DNA of 64,000 bases from an uncultured bacterium. Its GTDB lineage: Bacteria; Fidelibacterota; JAANXI01. Made by a program: the position numbers and the translations under genes. How positions within the stretch are numbered: position 1 is the stretch's first letter; each line of letters opens with the position of its first letter. Positions 38,770-48,934 of the stretch are shown one piece after another. The notes under the pieces were generated by a model that worked only from the letters and a program-made list of their open reading frames with translations, made no database searches and was not told the origin of the DNA. The stretch spans positions 5,070 through 69,069 of the forward strand of contig CAYPST010000010.1 of assembly GCA_964413425.1 (NCBI GenBank), given 5' to 3'.

Positions 38770-40383
38770 TCACTCGGTCTTTCCTTGCACAGAGGGGAAC
38801 TGTGAACCCGCACTCTCTTCTTCGGTGACGTACCCCTTCAGATCAGAGATGGTCCGAACACCCAGCTCTTCTGCATGGGATTCTCTCATGAGCAGGGCAT
38901 AGGTATTATTGAATCCCAGGGGACTGAGCCACTCCAGATCATACTGTTTCTCGAATTGAGTCCTGACGTATTCATAGACTTTTTGCCTGTCCTGTAAGAT
39001 GGATTGCGTGGTCTCCTGGTCGGTGTCCAGGAGCACAAGCAGTCCGGTTCCGGTGTATTCGGGATACAGGTCGATTTCGCCGTGGACCAGCGCATCGAAG
39101 CAAATTTTTGTCCCGCCCAGACCGGTTTTCAGGCCAACGGTGAGATCGGTATAGTTTTCGATCAGCCGATAAAAGATATGGGCAAGTATGAACTGTTCGG
39201 TAAAGTTTTTTGATGCCACTATGATATCAGGGGTTCCGGTCCGTTCGATTTCTGTCCGGAAGCCGTGTTCCCGTAAGTAATTTTTTGCCACCGCGGCCGG
39301 CCCCTGCTGATGCTGATCTACCTGGAAATTCAGGTTTCGCATGGTTTCATTGGAAATTGTTCCTGCAATTTTTTCAAGTGCCGTCCGCAGTTGAGGATAC
39401 TTTCGAATGGTCTCACCCCGCACGACAGGTGCGGCCTGATACGGAGGGAAATATTGTCTGTCATCCCGCAGGACGCGAAAATTATAGGCTGTAATACGAC
39501 CATCGGTGGAAAATCCGCTGATAACATCCACCTTTTTATCCCGCAATGCCCGGTACATCAACTGGGGATCGACCTCGACCGTGTTTAACGTCAGGCCATA
39601 ATGTTCCTTCATCCCCTGATATCCGTCGGATCGGGCCATGAATTCAGCCGTAAATCCCGCTTGAAAAGTTTCCGTAAACAGTGGGGGAAGCACCAAAACG
39701 GGTACGACAATGAATAACACGGCGACAGCACCTATGAGAGCCGGCTTGATTATCTGCCGGATCACGGTTTCCAACCGTCCCAGAATGAAGTCAAACAGCA
39801 GTGCCAGTAAAGCGGCAGGGATTGCGCCTGCCAGAATCATGTTCGTGTTATTCAGCGCAATCCCCCGAAAGATGAATTCGCCGAGTCCGCCGGATCCAAT
39901 CAGTGCACAGAGGGTAGCGATCCCGACATTGATAACGGTGGCGGTCCGAATCCCTGCAAAAATAACGGGCAGAGCCAGCGGCAGTTCAACCTTCATAAGA
40001 ATCTGTCTGTCGGCCATCCCCATGCCGCGCGCAGATTCAATAACACTGTCATCCACGTCATTGATTCCGGCATAGGTGTTGCGAACAATAGGGAGCAGGG
40101 CGTACAGAAATAATGCGATAATGGCCGGTGTCGCACCAATGCCGAAAAGCGGGAGGAGGAGGCCCAGAAGGGCCACGCTTGGAATAGTCTGGATGACCCC
40201 GATGCCCCCGATGACGACATCCGACACATTCCGGTGGCGGGTCAGCAGTATTCCTGCCGGAAGGCTGATCACCGTAGCAATGGCCATAGCGAAAAAGGTC
40301 AGACCAATGTGTTCTATTGTCTGCTCGATCAGGTCGGTTTGATGCGCAATGAGAAATTGAAAGATATTTGCCGGAGAGCTCAT
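38770..40383 (-). CDS. glycine betaine/choline-type (OpuC/OpuABC-like) ABC transporter, permease fused to substrate-binding domain
   Basis: N-terminal 6-TM permease with EAA-like loop, C-terminal OpuAC-type SBP. Confidence 0.8.
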   Translation of the reverse strand: MSSPANIFQFLIAHQTDLIEQTIEHIGLTFFAMAIATVISLPAGILLTRHRNVSDVVIGGIGVIQTIPSVALLGLLLPLFGIGATPAIIALFLYALLPIVRNTYAGINDVDDSVIESARGMGMADRQILMKVELPLALPVIFAGIRTATVINVGIATLCALIGSGGLGEFIFRGIALNNTNMILAGAIPAALLALLFDFILGRLETVIRQIIKPALIGAVAVLFIVVPVLVLPPLFTETFQAGFTAEFMARSDGYQGMKEHYGLTLNTVEVDPQLMYRALRDKKVDVISGFSTDGRITAYNFRVLRDDRQYFPPYQAAPVVRGETIRKYPQLRTALEKIAGTISNETMRNLNFQVDQHQQGPAAVAKNYLREHGFRTEIERTGTPDIIVASKNFTEQFILAHIFYRLIENYTDLTVGLKTGLGGTKICFDALVHGEIDLYPEYTGTGLLVLLDTDQETTQSILQDRQKVYEYVRTQFEKQYDLEWLSPLGFNNTYALLMRESHAEELGVRTISDLKGYVTEEESAGSQFPSVQGKTE

Positions 40384-41351
40384 AACTCGATAGTTTGTCT
40401 TACCCTGTAAAAGGCGTTCAAGATCGCCTGGGGAGTGAAGTCAATACCAGCGGATGCCTCATCCCTGATACTAACCACCGGCTGCTCTGCGTCGGCATTT
40501 TCCACCGTTTCCAATGCCTCGTACAGGGACGTATCGCCGGCAAATTCGAAGGACTGATCTGCAGTGGTTTCCTGCGGCTTGAGCTGAGAGACAATATCAT
40601 TGAGCGTCAGGGTTTGCAGTTCCAGCTGCAGTCTGTTTCCTTTTAAAAAGTCCCGTACGAAATCGTTTTTCGGTGCGAAGAGGAGTTCTTTTGGTGTTCC
40701 CAGTTGCTGAACATTGCCCTCATCCATCAGGCAGATAATGTCGCCAAGCTCGAAAGCTTCCATGACATCATGGGTCACCAGGATCATGGTTTTGTCCAGA
40801 AACTGCTCCAGGCGTTTAAATTCAGTGCGGATATCCAGCCGGGTAATAGGATCTAATGCGCCGAAGGGTTCGTCCAATAAAACGATGGGAGGATCGGCGG
40901 CTAAGGCCCGGATCAACCCGATGCGCTGTTGCTGCCCACCGCTCAGTTCATGTGGCATACGCCCGAGGTATTCTTCCGGCGGAAGGCCTACCAGTTCCAT
41001 GAGTTCATGCTGGCGCTGCTGCATCTTTTTTTCATCCCAGTGGAGGAGTTTGGGGACCACTGCGATATTTTCGCCGACCGTATAATGGGGAAACAGCCCG
41101 ATTTCCTGGATGACGTACCCGATATGCTTTCGCAGTTCCACCGGGTTCTGCTGCTGGATTTCTTTCCCCTCGATGCGAATGGAACCCGCGGTTGGTTCAA
41201 TCAGCCGGTTAATCATTTTGAGGGTCGTGGTTTTCCCGCTGCCGCTCGTTCCCAGCAGCACCAGTGTCTCTCCCTGTTCGACGGCAAAGGAAATCCCATC
41301 AACGGCGGTAAACCCATTAAAAGTTTTTTTAAGATGTGAGACGTCTATCAC
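40380..41351 (-). CDS. quaternary-amine ABC transporter ATP-binding protein (OpuCA/ProV-like) with C-terminal extension
   Basis: Walker A GTSGSGKTT, LSGGQQQRIGLIRALA, Walker B, plus an ~80-aa C-terminal regulatory-like tail. 4-bp overlap with the permease gene. Confidence 0.85.
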   Translation of the reverse strand: MIDVSHLKKTFNGFTAVDGISFAVEQGETLVLLGTSGSGKTTTLKMINRLIEPTAGSIRIEGKEIQQQNPVELRKHIGYVIQEIGLFPHYTVGENIAVVPKLLHWDEKKMQQRQHELMELVGLPPEEYLGRMPHELSGGQQQRIGLIRALAADPPIVLLDEPFGALDPITRLDIRTEFKRLEQFLDKTMILVTHDVMEAFELGDIICLMDEGNVQQLGTPKELLFAPKNDFVRDFLKGNRLQLELQTLTLNDIVSQLKPQETTADQSFEFAGDTSLYEALETVENADAEQPVVSIRDEASAGIDFTPQAILNAFYRVRQTIEL

Positions 41352-41360
41352 AGCAGCAGC

Positions 41361-42611
41361 TTATTTATGAATTTGTAGAATCACCAGGAGACTGTGTCCG
41401 CATCCCAGCCCTTGTTGCAAGCCGTGCTCCAGTCCACGGAGAGCGTAGCTCAGCTGGGGCTCAATAATATTTGCTCTCGGATCACCAACCCACATCCAGT
41501 TCGTGCTGGCAATTACCCGGTCGATGGTCATCAAACCGAATTGCAGTTCCTTGGAATACGCCGTCCAGTCGGACAGATCGTTCAGGGTCATATCGTCGTT
41601 CAATTTCTGTTGAGTGTACTCAACTAAAATATTCCAGCGTTCGATCAAATTCCGAAGAAACGGAGCGGCCACCGGATGCTCCGGTACAATCTCCGGATCG
41701 AGCAGCAGATTCTCTAAGTCTGTCCGGAGATAATCTTCATGCAGAGAATTGAGAAATCGCCTGATCGGAGGGAGCGAAGGATTGTATTCTCCGGTATCCG
41801 TATGCCGGCCAACCAGGATTGAGCGATCTCCCATGTGCGATACCTCAAAAGGAAGATTTTGCTGGGCTGATAGGTCGTTCACAAATTCCCGAATTTCGTC
41901 GCCAGTCCAGAATCGAATGGGAAAATGGTCGATATGCTGATGAATTCCGTTGTCGGTATAGAGATAACTCATCGAGTAATCGCGCATTTTTTCATCTTCC
42001 GTGCTCGCCGTCCAATATCCGGGCCACTCAATAGAATATCGTCCCATGAGATCTAATGTTACGATACTGTCATTATTCCCATGGTGATAGATGTCCGTCA
42101 ATACTCTCCGAAGGCTCTCGGTGTCCAGATGAGAAAGGGAACTGTAGGACGAGAAATAAATATCGAAGGCTGGTTCTGCGGATGAAATGCCGGAGAGCCC
42201 TTGATTTAAGTCGTGTTGCTGAAATTGAACGTGTGGGTTATGCACATAGATTTCCTGCCCTTTCCGAATCATATCCGGGTTGATATCAACACCCAGGTAG
42301 CATTCAATATCCTCTTCCTGTAAAATGTAATTGTATTCAAGCCCTAAGTCAGATTCTTTTGCATTGACTTTCGTCAGGAGTTCGTAACCCTGTCCGCTGC
42401 CGCATCCCAAATCAAGTATCCTGACTTTTTCACCCTGATCCCGCTTTTTTTGCACCAGCGAGCGTAAAAAGGGCCGGATAGTATATCTGGTTAATTGGTC
42501 CTCCCAATAGATGCGGAGATTATCATATTTTCCGGAGAGATTCCCCTCATAGAGATTATAATAGCCATGTTGGACGGCACTTTTATAATTAATAAAACTG
42601 TTTGATTCCAT
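41361..42611 (-). CDS. class I SAM-dependent methyltransferase with long C-terminal extension (416 aa)
   Basis: Motif I ILDLGCGSGQG, post-I acidic residue; about 200 extra C-terminal residues of unknown function. Confidence 0.7.
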   Translation of the reverse strand: MESNSFINYKSAVQHGYYNLYEGNLSGKYDNLRIYWEDQLTRYTIRPFLRSLVQKKRDQGEKVRILDLGCGSGQGYELLTKVNAKESDLGLEYNYILQEEDIECYLGVDINPDMIRKGQEIYVHNPHVQFQQHDLNQGLSGISSAEPAFDIYFSSYSSLSHLDTESLRRVLTDIYHHGNNDSIVTLDLMGRYSIEWPGYWTASTEDEKMRDYSMSYLYTDNGIHQHIDHFPIRFWTGDEIREFVNDLSAQQNLPFEVSHMGDRSILVGRHTDTGEYNPSLPPIRRFLNSLHEDYLRTDLENLLLDPEIVPEHPVAAPFLRNLIERWNILVEYTQQKLNDDMTLNDLSDWTAYSKELQFGLMTIDRVIASTNWMWVGDPRANIIEPQLSYALRGLEHGLQQGLGCGHSLLVILQIHK

Positions 42612-43063
42612 ATCCCGCGCCTCCCATCTATCATTAATTTGTACTTATCACTGAAGCGATTTTTGTTCAAAACGACCATTCTTATGTAATACATTTTTCG
42701 AGAGACAAGTAAACAAGCGACTGCAACCCCTTCCTGAAACGGGAAGGGGATACCTGCGACATCACAGCCACTCAATTCGGAATAGTGTAACGATTGTGAA
42801 TGATTTATTCAATCGATAAGACAACACTATTCAGACGCCAGGATTTCTCTGATTTTCCGAACAAACGAGCAATTGGGCTGCGCTTCACTGTGAATCCGCA
42901 GTCAAACCGTTGTTGTGAAGAGAGGTGAGTGTTCATAGAAGGCCGGTAATGGAGGGGTGTTAGTTCTGCTAATTCTCTGACTTGTTCACTGCTGTCCGCA
43001 TTGAAGTGCAGGTTGAAATCACATTTCAATGATTAACATTCAGTGCGGTAGGTTTTCTTGATC

Positions 43064-43525
43064 ATGACTATTAAGATACCTCAGTACAATAGCGACATGC
43101 TCCTCCGGGTGGACCATCTCTCCACCCATCCCGGCCCCGATCACTCTATCCCCCTTGACCCTCTTTCTCTCGCCAGAGAAAGGGGGGGCGGGCCCCAAGA
43201 GAGGGGGACCGAGGGGGGGAGTGCCCGCTGCTCCGGTCCACCAAATCGGCCCTCCGCCCGGACTGCCTCGTCGGGAGCGCAACCAGCTCGCTCTTTACGG
43301 AGTTAACTTAATACCTAAGTTGAGCGATACGAGTTTCGCGAAGTATCGCTGTACTTAGGGAAAACCCCGCCCTAGAAAATGTGTGTTTTCACCGAATGGG
43401 TGCGGAACGTCCCGACGCCGTTCTCGGGGAGGTGAACACGTATGCCGACGGCATTCTTCGAACATTTTCTTTTGTCGGTTGAGCGATGTATGGAAATAAA
43501 TCGCTCAATTTGGGTTAATAGTCAT
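43064..43525. mobile_element. composite MITE: MITE-1 (TIR ATGACTATTAAG) with MITE-2 (43314-43514) nested inside its right end, flanked by TTAATA duplication
   Basis: Left TIR at 43064-43075, right CTTAATAGTCAT at 43514/43515-43525. TTAATA at 43308-43313 and 43515-43520 brackets the MITE-2 insert. Confidence 0.6.
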
Positions 43526-43530
43526 ATTCT

Positions 43531-44997
43531 CTATTTGAACGGATCCCACCGGGCAACCATACTTTCGTAACCGACCGGGAAATGATCCTGAAATAATTTA
43601 TAATAATACACTTCTTTTGGTGAATTTAATTCAAGGCCGCCTTCGGATTGCCCCTTGTTTTTGTATTCGTCCTCCGAGGTATTATCAGCAGTCAGCTCAT
43701 CCATCAAATCATCCACCCCTGTTCCGCCGGCGAATCGAAGTTTCGGTCGGTTGGCAATTTCATCAGGCAGCCATTTCTTCATTGCCTCCCGGAGAATCCA
43801 CTTCTCGACAGTCCGGGCTTGTTCTTCATCATACCGGGTCTTTAATTCCATGGGTATTTTGTTGCTGAATGCGACCACTGCCGGATCCAGATAAGGCGTG
43901 CGGTAATTCACGGAATTGGCAAGCCAGCCGCGATCCAGTCTGCGTAATGCGGTATTATAGGCAATAGTTACCAGTTTCCGGGCCACCCGTTCTTTTTTTT
44001 CGACATCCGGTATGTCCTCCAGTTCCTGAAAGTATCCGCCGAACAATTCATCGGCACCTTCACCGACCACCACACAATTGGTATAATCAGAAATCATTTT
44101 CGAGGTGTAGAAATTCGCGATGGCTCCGGAAATGCAATCCTCATCAAATGTTTCCATATACCAGACGGCTTCCGGGATCAGACTCTTGATATCGTTGTCA
44201 GTGATTTCATAGATATAGTGCTCTAATCCGAGGTAATCGGCCATGAGTTTGGCATATTTCATATCTTTGCTCGGATATCGCTGGATCGTGGTGCTGAAGA
44301 GTTTCAGATCGGGATTCACAGATTTGGCTACTGCTGCGGATACAGAACTATCCAGTCCACCGCTCAGAGCGACCCCCTGTACTGCTCCATCTGCCATCCG
44401 TTTTTCAACCGCCTTCACAAAAAGCCGTTCCAGGATGTCAGCGGCTTCCTGGGAGCTGTCAAAGTCGGGAAGGTTCGGGGTGTAGCCGTCAAATTGCTGC
44501 AATCCGTCTTTGGTGGAATAATAATGTCCCGGAGGAAGTTCTTCCACAGCCGGGACATGCCCCAGTAATGATTTTGCCTCCGAAGCGAAGTAGAGGGTGC
44601 CATCCCGCTCTTTATATATTAAGGGCCGGGATCCGACATGGTCGCGTACAAGAAGAGTTTGACCCTTATCAATAACGGCGCATGAAAACGAACCATCCAG
44701 GTGTGAAAAACATGCCGGCCCCATTTGCATGTACTGGTCTCTGATAAACTCGGCATTCGTGGTGGTCTCAGAAATGGAATTATAGATATCACCGTCCAGT
44801 AAAACCACAGGGTACTCATCACCTGCTATGGCTGGGGTCGACCGGGGAGAGAGTGTTAATTCACCTGCTGCCACTCCGCCATCCGGCAGGGCCCTGACGG
44901 TGGAATTGTCCGGACCACGATGGCGGATTTTCTCCAGCATGTCTGCGAGCTGCTGTTGTTCGACTTTTTCACCGACGACACCGACGATTGCGCTCAT
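43531..44997 (-). CDS. asparagine synthetase-family protein lacking the N-terminal catalytic Cys (MSAI... instead of MCGI...)
   Basis: Aligns throughout with the neighbouring AsnB. Synthetase domain has the SGGLDSS PP-loop. Position 2 is Ser. Confidence 0.75.
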   Translation of the reverse strand: MSAIVGVVGEKVEQQQLADMLEKIRHRGPDNSTVRALPDGGVAAGELTLSPRSTPAIAGDEYPVVLLDGDIYNSISETTTNAEFIRDQYMQMGPACFSHLDGSFSCAVIDKGQTLLVRDHVGSRPLIYKERDGTLYFASEAKSLLGHVPAVEELPPGHYYSTKDGLQQFDGYTPNLPDFDSSQEAADILERLFVKAVEKRMADGAVQGVALSGGLDSSVSAAVAKSVNPDLKLFSTTIQRYPSKDMKYAKLMADYLGLEHYIYEITDNDIKSLIPEAVWYMETFDEDCISGAIANFYTSKMISDYTNCVVVGEGADELFGGYFQELEDIPDVEKKERVARKLVTIAYNTALRRLDRGWLANSVNYRTPYLDPAVVAFSNKIPMELKTRYDEEQARTVEKWILREAMKKWLPDEIANRPKLRFAGGTGVDDLMDELTADNTSEDEYKNKGQSEGGLELNSPKEVYYYKLFQDHFPVGYESMVARWDPFK

Positions 44998-45035
44998 ATG
45001 CTCCTCCTGTGAAAGTTCAATTCATCAACACATTT

Positions 45036-46631
45036 TCAGTATCCACCACATTGTGAATGCTTCAGTTCACCGTCAACTGTCCCACTCACTTGTTCTCGTT
45101 CTTCTTCAAAATCAAAGCCCGTCCATATTCCTACCGAGTCGAGAATAGAATCCTGCGGGTGGTAGCGCCGGAATATTTGAAAGTAATAGGCGGCTTCTTT
45201 GGAATTGATCTGCGCCTGAGGAGCCGCCTGCTGAAGAGCAGCCAGCTCATCATCACTTATTTCCTCTTCCGCAATCTGTTCACCCAGAGATTCACATCCC
45301 GCTCCCTGAGTATACTGGACCTTACAGCGCCATAAAATGGAATCCGGAAGCAGATCCGTATTTCGGAATGCATGTCGAAGAATCCATTTTTCGATTTTGT
45401 TCTCCTGGTGTTCACGAATTTTCCATTCGGGCGGAATCGCCATGGCCAGGTCTATCATCGCGGTATCAAGAAATGGAACACGCAGCTCAAGACTGAATCG
45501 CATGCCCATACGATCCGCACGTTGCAGGTTAATATTATGGAGCGTGTCGATACACCGCCTGGATTCCTGATTCAGTTCGGATGGTTTCCAATTTTTCATG
45601 TACTGGTATCCTGCAAATATCTCATCTGCCCCTTCTCCGGTTAATACGACTGTCACATATTCGGAAGCCAGTTTGCAGGTGAAATAACAGGGTACGGCAC
45701 ACCGGACCAGAGAGGGGTCGTAACTTTCCAGATACCGGATCACCTGGGGAAGTGCCTGGTAATAATCTGCTTCTGTAAATATTAATTCATGGTGATTCGA
45801 TCCGATATGTTCCGCAACGATTCGCGATGCTTTCAGGTCGTCACTTTCATTGCCGTTCTTGTCTTTCATGCCTACGGCAAACGTGTGGAGATTCGGGATA
45901 TTCCGGGCGGCAATGGCCGCCACCAGGCTGCTGTCCAGGCCGCCGCTGCAAAAGGCGCCAACATGGATTTCAGGATCGGATAACAGCCGCTCGTGCACCG
46001 CGCCAGTAAACGTTTCCCGAATGCTCTCGGCGGCACGGTCGATCTTCCAGTCGCTTCGCTCCCGCAGCGGCGGGACATCATAGTAGCCGATAAATCCCGT
46101 CTCCGGGGAATAATAGTGACCGGCAGGAAATTCATACACCTTATTAACTCCGGCATGTGACATTGCCCCCAGCTCCGAAGAGAAATACAGGTTTTCTCCC
46201 TGATAACCATAATATAACGGTTTAATGCCAACAGGATCTCTCGCAAGGAAAAGGGTCTCTTCGTCAAAGATGGCAAAAGCGTACATGCCTTCCAGACGGT
46301 GGACACATTCATATCCTTCTTCCTCATAGAGGGGTAAAATAACTTCGGTATCCGACTGTGTCTGAAAGGGGTAGAAGTGATCAAATTCCTCTCTGAGCGT
46401 ATGGTGATTATATATTTCCCCGTTGCAGATAAGGCCCCGGGTTCCATCCGGGCCGAGAATTGGCTGATGCCCACCCCGGACATCAACGATAGACAGCCGG
46501 GTGTGTCCGAATGAACCGATACTATTGGTATGAATGCCCCTGTCATCGGGACCGCGATGTCCCATAGCATCTGTCATTCGTCGGATAGTCTGATCATCGG
46601 GTTTGCCGTAACACCCTGCTATTCCACACAT
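45036..46631 (-). CDS. asparagine synthetase (glutamine-hydrolysing) family protein
   Basis: MCGIAG N-terminal nucleophile, GATase-II domain, SGGLDSS PP-loop. Confidence 0.85.
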   Translation of the reverse strand: MCGIAGCYGKPDDQTIRRMTDAMGHRGPDDRGIHTNSIGSFGHTRLSIVDVRGGHQPILGPDGTRGLICNGEIYNHHTLREEFDHFYPFQTQSDTEVILPLYEEEGYECVHRLEGMYAFAIFDEETLFLARDPVGIKPLYYGYQGENLYFSSELGAMSHAGVNKVYEFPAGHYYSPETGFIGYYDVPPLRERSDWKIDRAAESIRETFTGAVHERLLSDPEIHVGAFCSGGLDSSLVAAIAARNIPNLHTFAVGMKDKNGNESDDLKASRIVAEHIGSNHHELIFTEADYYQALPQVIRYLESYDPSLVRCAVPCYFTCKLASEYVTVVLTGEGADEIFAGYQYMKNWKPSELNQESRRCIDTLHNINLQRADRMGMRFSLELRVPFLDTAMIDLAMAIPPEWKIREHQENKIEKWILRHAFRNTDLLPDSILWRCKVQYTQGAGCESLGEQIAEEEISDDELAALQQAAPQAQINSKEAAYYFQIFRRYHPQDSILDSVGIWTGFDFEEEREQVSGTVDGELKHSQCGGY

Positions 46632-46685
46632 ACCAACACCTTGGTTCTCTCAGCTAGTAGTTCCAAAGATTTTGGTTTCGGCACG

Positions 46686-48152
46686 TCATGAAGCAAGAAT
46701 ATCCTTCTTGATACGGTGCACATCAGTGAGATCGAGAGAGCCCTCCAATCGTGTTCCCTGGTAAAGCCAGCCGCTGCGCAATCCGGGCCGGGATGCTCTC
46801 ATAAATTTTGAGCTGCTCCTCCCGGAAGTTACGGCTTCCTGAATTAGTTCGATCTGGGTATTCACCGTCGCAGAAGAGTATTCTTCATGCTCTGCAAGGA
46901 TAAAGTCTATGCGATCCGAAATATTGTGTGCCATTTCTGACTGCATTGTTACATCAAAGAATTCCAGTGCCTTCGTGACCGCTGTCTGAGCCAATTCCCG
47001 GAGGTTGTAATTCGGAGTCTGGTTGAAGAGTCCCTTGACCATCCCGATCACCGAATCATCAATGATATACTGTTCGGGACTCACGGTGAGCACCTGTTCC
47101 AGCATCCCAAGCGCACTGTTAATAAACTGGGCGCCGCTGGCTGTCTCAAAGACCCAGGAGAAAGTTTTTTCGGCCACTGTTTGCGGATTCGGGTCTTTCT
47201 CGTCAGAAACGGCGGCGGTTCCACAGCAGGGAATCCCGTAGAAATAGGTGAGGTCCGTGATCAGCGCGATCCGGCGGATGCTCTCCGGCTGGCACCAGCG
47301 GGGCGACCCGTCGGAATAGAGATCGGAACTGATGGGGATTCCCCGGTAGAAGACCCTGGCTCCGCTTCTCACAAGATTCGCAAGCACCACCGCCGAGAGG
47401 ATTTCCGCATTGACCTGCACAAGTTCACCGATTTCGGAAAGCGGTGCCGTGGTACCTGCCTGGGGACAGCTGGAAATTGACACCGGGATATCGTGCTCGA
47501 TTACCTTCAGAAATTTGTCGATGGTGGGACTCACTAAATTCAGAGGACTCACGGTAAGTGATGCGATAAATGATATCAGTAATGGATCTTGCACGGCGGC
47601 TATAATGTCCGGCAATTTATCTATCCGGACCAAATTGGCCAGATTCATGTGCTTTGTCGTATTCTCCAGCAGAATCCGGGTCTTTGCCAGATCCATCTCC
47701 TCTTCAGGTACGTCCGGTTCCACCGGACGAGTAATGAAGTCCACATTGGGCAATTGCTCACAAATTCGCACGATATCAATGAGATCCCGGGTCGTGGCTT
47801 GTTTTTTCACAAACGCGCCATTTTCATAATGCAGCACATTGAGGGCCTGACCGCCCGTGCCGAAGTAGATCTCCGGGGCATTTACATCTATGGTAACATT
47901 ATGGTTTGAATTTCTTGCGTGAAGATGAATGGTTTTCGCTGTCCGTTGTATAGCCTGCTCCACCATTTCGCGCGGTATTTTGATCCGTTTATTTTCCAGA
48001 GAAGCACCACCATCCAGGAACATTTGGACGGCCCGGTCGCTTTCAACGTGCACGCCTGCTTCGGAAAGCAGCCGGCAGGAACCCTCATGAATCAGCCGGC
48101 AGTTTGCATCGCTGAGAAGTTTCGTTCTTTCAACTGTGAAGCCCTTACCCAT
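46686..48152 (-). CDS. MttB-family (trimethylamine/glycine betaine:corrinoid) methyltransferase paralog 1, non-pyrrolysine
   Basis: 488 aa, uninterrupted (no in-frame TAG). Shares blocks with the other two paralogs (YFGTGG.., IPVSISSCPQAGTTAP, GIPCCGTAAVSD). Confidence 0.8.
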   Translation of the reverse strand: MGKGFTVERTKLLSDANCRLIHEGSCRLLSEAGVHVESDRAVQMFLDGGASLENKRIKIPREMVEQAIQRTAKTIHLHARNSNHNVTIDVNAPEIYFGTGGQALNVLHYENGAFVKKQATTRDLIDIVRICEQLPNVDFITRPVEPDVPEEEMDLAKTRILLENTTKHMNLANLVRIDKLPDIIAAVQDPLLISFIASLTVSPLNLVSPTIDKFLKVIEHDIPVSISSCPQAGTTAPLSEIGELVQVNAEILSAVVLANLVRSGARVFYRGIPISSDLYSDGSPRWCQPESIRRIALITDLTYFYGIPCCGTAAVSDEKDPNPQTVAEKTFSWVFETASGAQFINSALGMLEQVLTVSPEQYIIDDSVIGMVKGLFNQTPNYNLRELAQTAVTKALEFFDVTMQSEMAHNISDRIDFILAEHEEYSSATVNTQIELIQEAVTSGRSSSKFMRASRPGLRSGWLYQGTRLEGSLDLTDVHRIKKDILAS

Positions 48153-48259
48153 AATCTCCTGATTGGCTAATTAAAGGTTATGAAACGGCACACGTACTGT
48201 CGTCAACGTGTAGGCTGCGTGGCAGAGCATTGATCACCAAAGCAGATGCCGGTGTGTAC

Positions 48260-48934
48260 CTATGCCACTGCTTCCAGTTTGTTAATCGCGTCAAATGCAT
48301 CTTCCCCGTACAAATCAGCGCCAATTTGTTTCGCAAAATCCTCCGATGTGGGAGCGCCGCCGATGCACACGAGCACTTCATCCCGGATCCCTTTTTCTTT
48401 GAGCAGGTCAACTACCTCTTCCATATGTCCCATGGTTGTCGTCAGGAGCGCAGAGAGCCCGAGATATTTGGCCCGGGAATTCTCCACAGCTGTTACCACG
48501 TCTTCGGCTTCCACTCCGACTCCCAGGTCCTCCACCTCAAAACCGGAACCACGGAGCAAAGTTGAGACAATATTTTTACCTATATCATGGAGATCGCCTT
48601 CCACGGTGGCGATGATAAATTTCCCGCGGCTGTTGATATCACCTTCAACCAGGAGTGGTTCCAGAATTTTGGTTGCTTCACTGACGCACTCTGCCGCTGC
48701 CAGCATATCGGGAATCAAGTACTCGCCGCTCTCATAGCGCCGGCCGACTTCTTCCATACCGGGACTCACCGCCTCATTTAAAATAGTCGACGGCGCTAAG
48801 GAATCCTCCAGACCTTGCTGCACCAGCTCAATCACACCAGGTTCACCCGCCATATCACCATCAAATCCTTCATCCGCGCTGTCGATGCGTCCATCAATCA
48901 CATTCTTCTTGATTTGTTCCAGGATGTCTGACAT
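48260..48934 (-). CDS. cobalamin-binding corrinoid protein (MtgC/MtbC-like)
   Basis: B12-binding DxHxxG (GDLHDIGKN), SALL, GGA motifs, N-terminal helical cap. Start ATG at 48934 with SD AAGGAGA. Confidence 0.85.
   Translation of the reverse strand: MSDILEQIKKNVIDGRIDSADEGFDGDMAGEPGVIELVQQGLEDSLAPSTILNEAVSPGMEEVGRRYESGEYLIPDMLAAAECVSEATKILEPLLVEGDINSRGKFIIATVEGDLHDIGKNIVSTLLRGSGFEVEDLGVGVEAEDVVTAVENSRAKYLGLSALLTTTMGHMEEVVDLLKEKGIRDEVLVCIGGAPTSEDFAKQIGADLYGEDAFDAINKLEAVA

Noticed and set aside
42725-42752. Perfect hairpin CCCCTTCC-tgaaac-GGGAAGGGG as terminator
   Set aside because: No U-tract on either strand. Sits upstream of the methyltransferase gene, so more likely a structural or regulatory hairpin than an intrinsic terminator.
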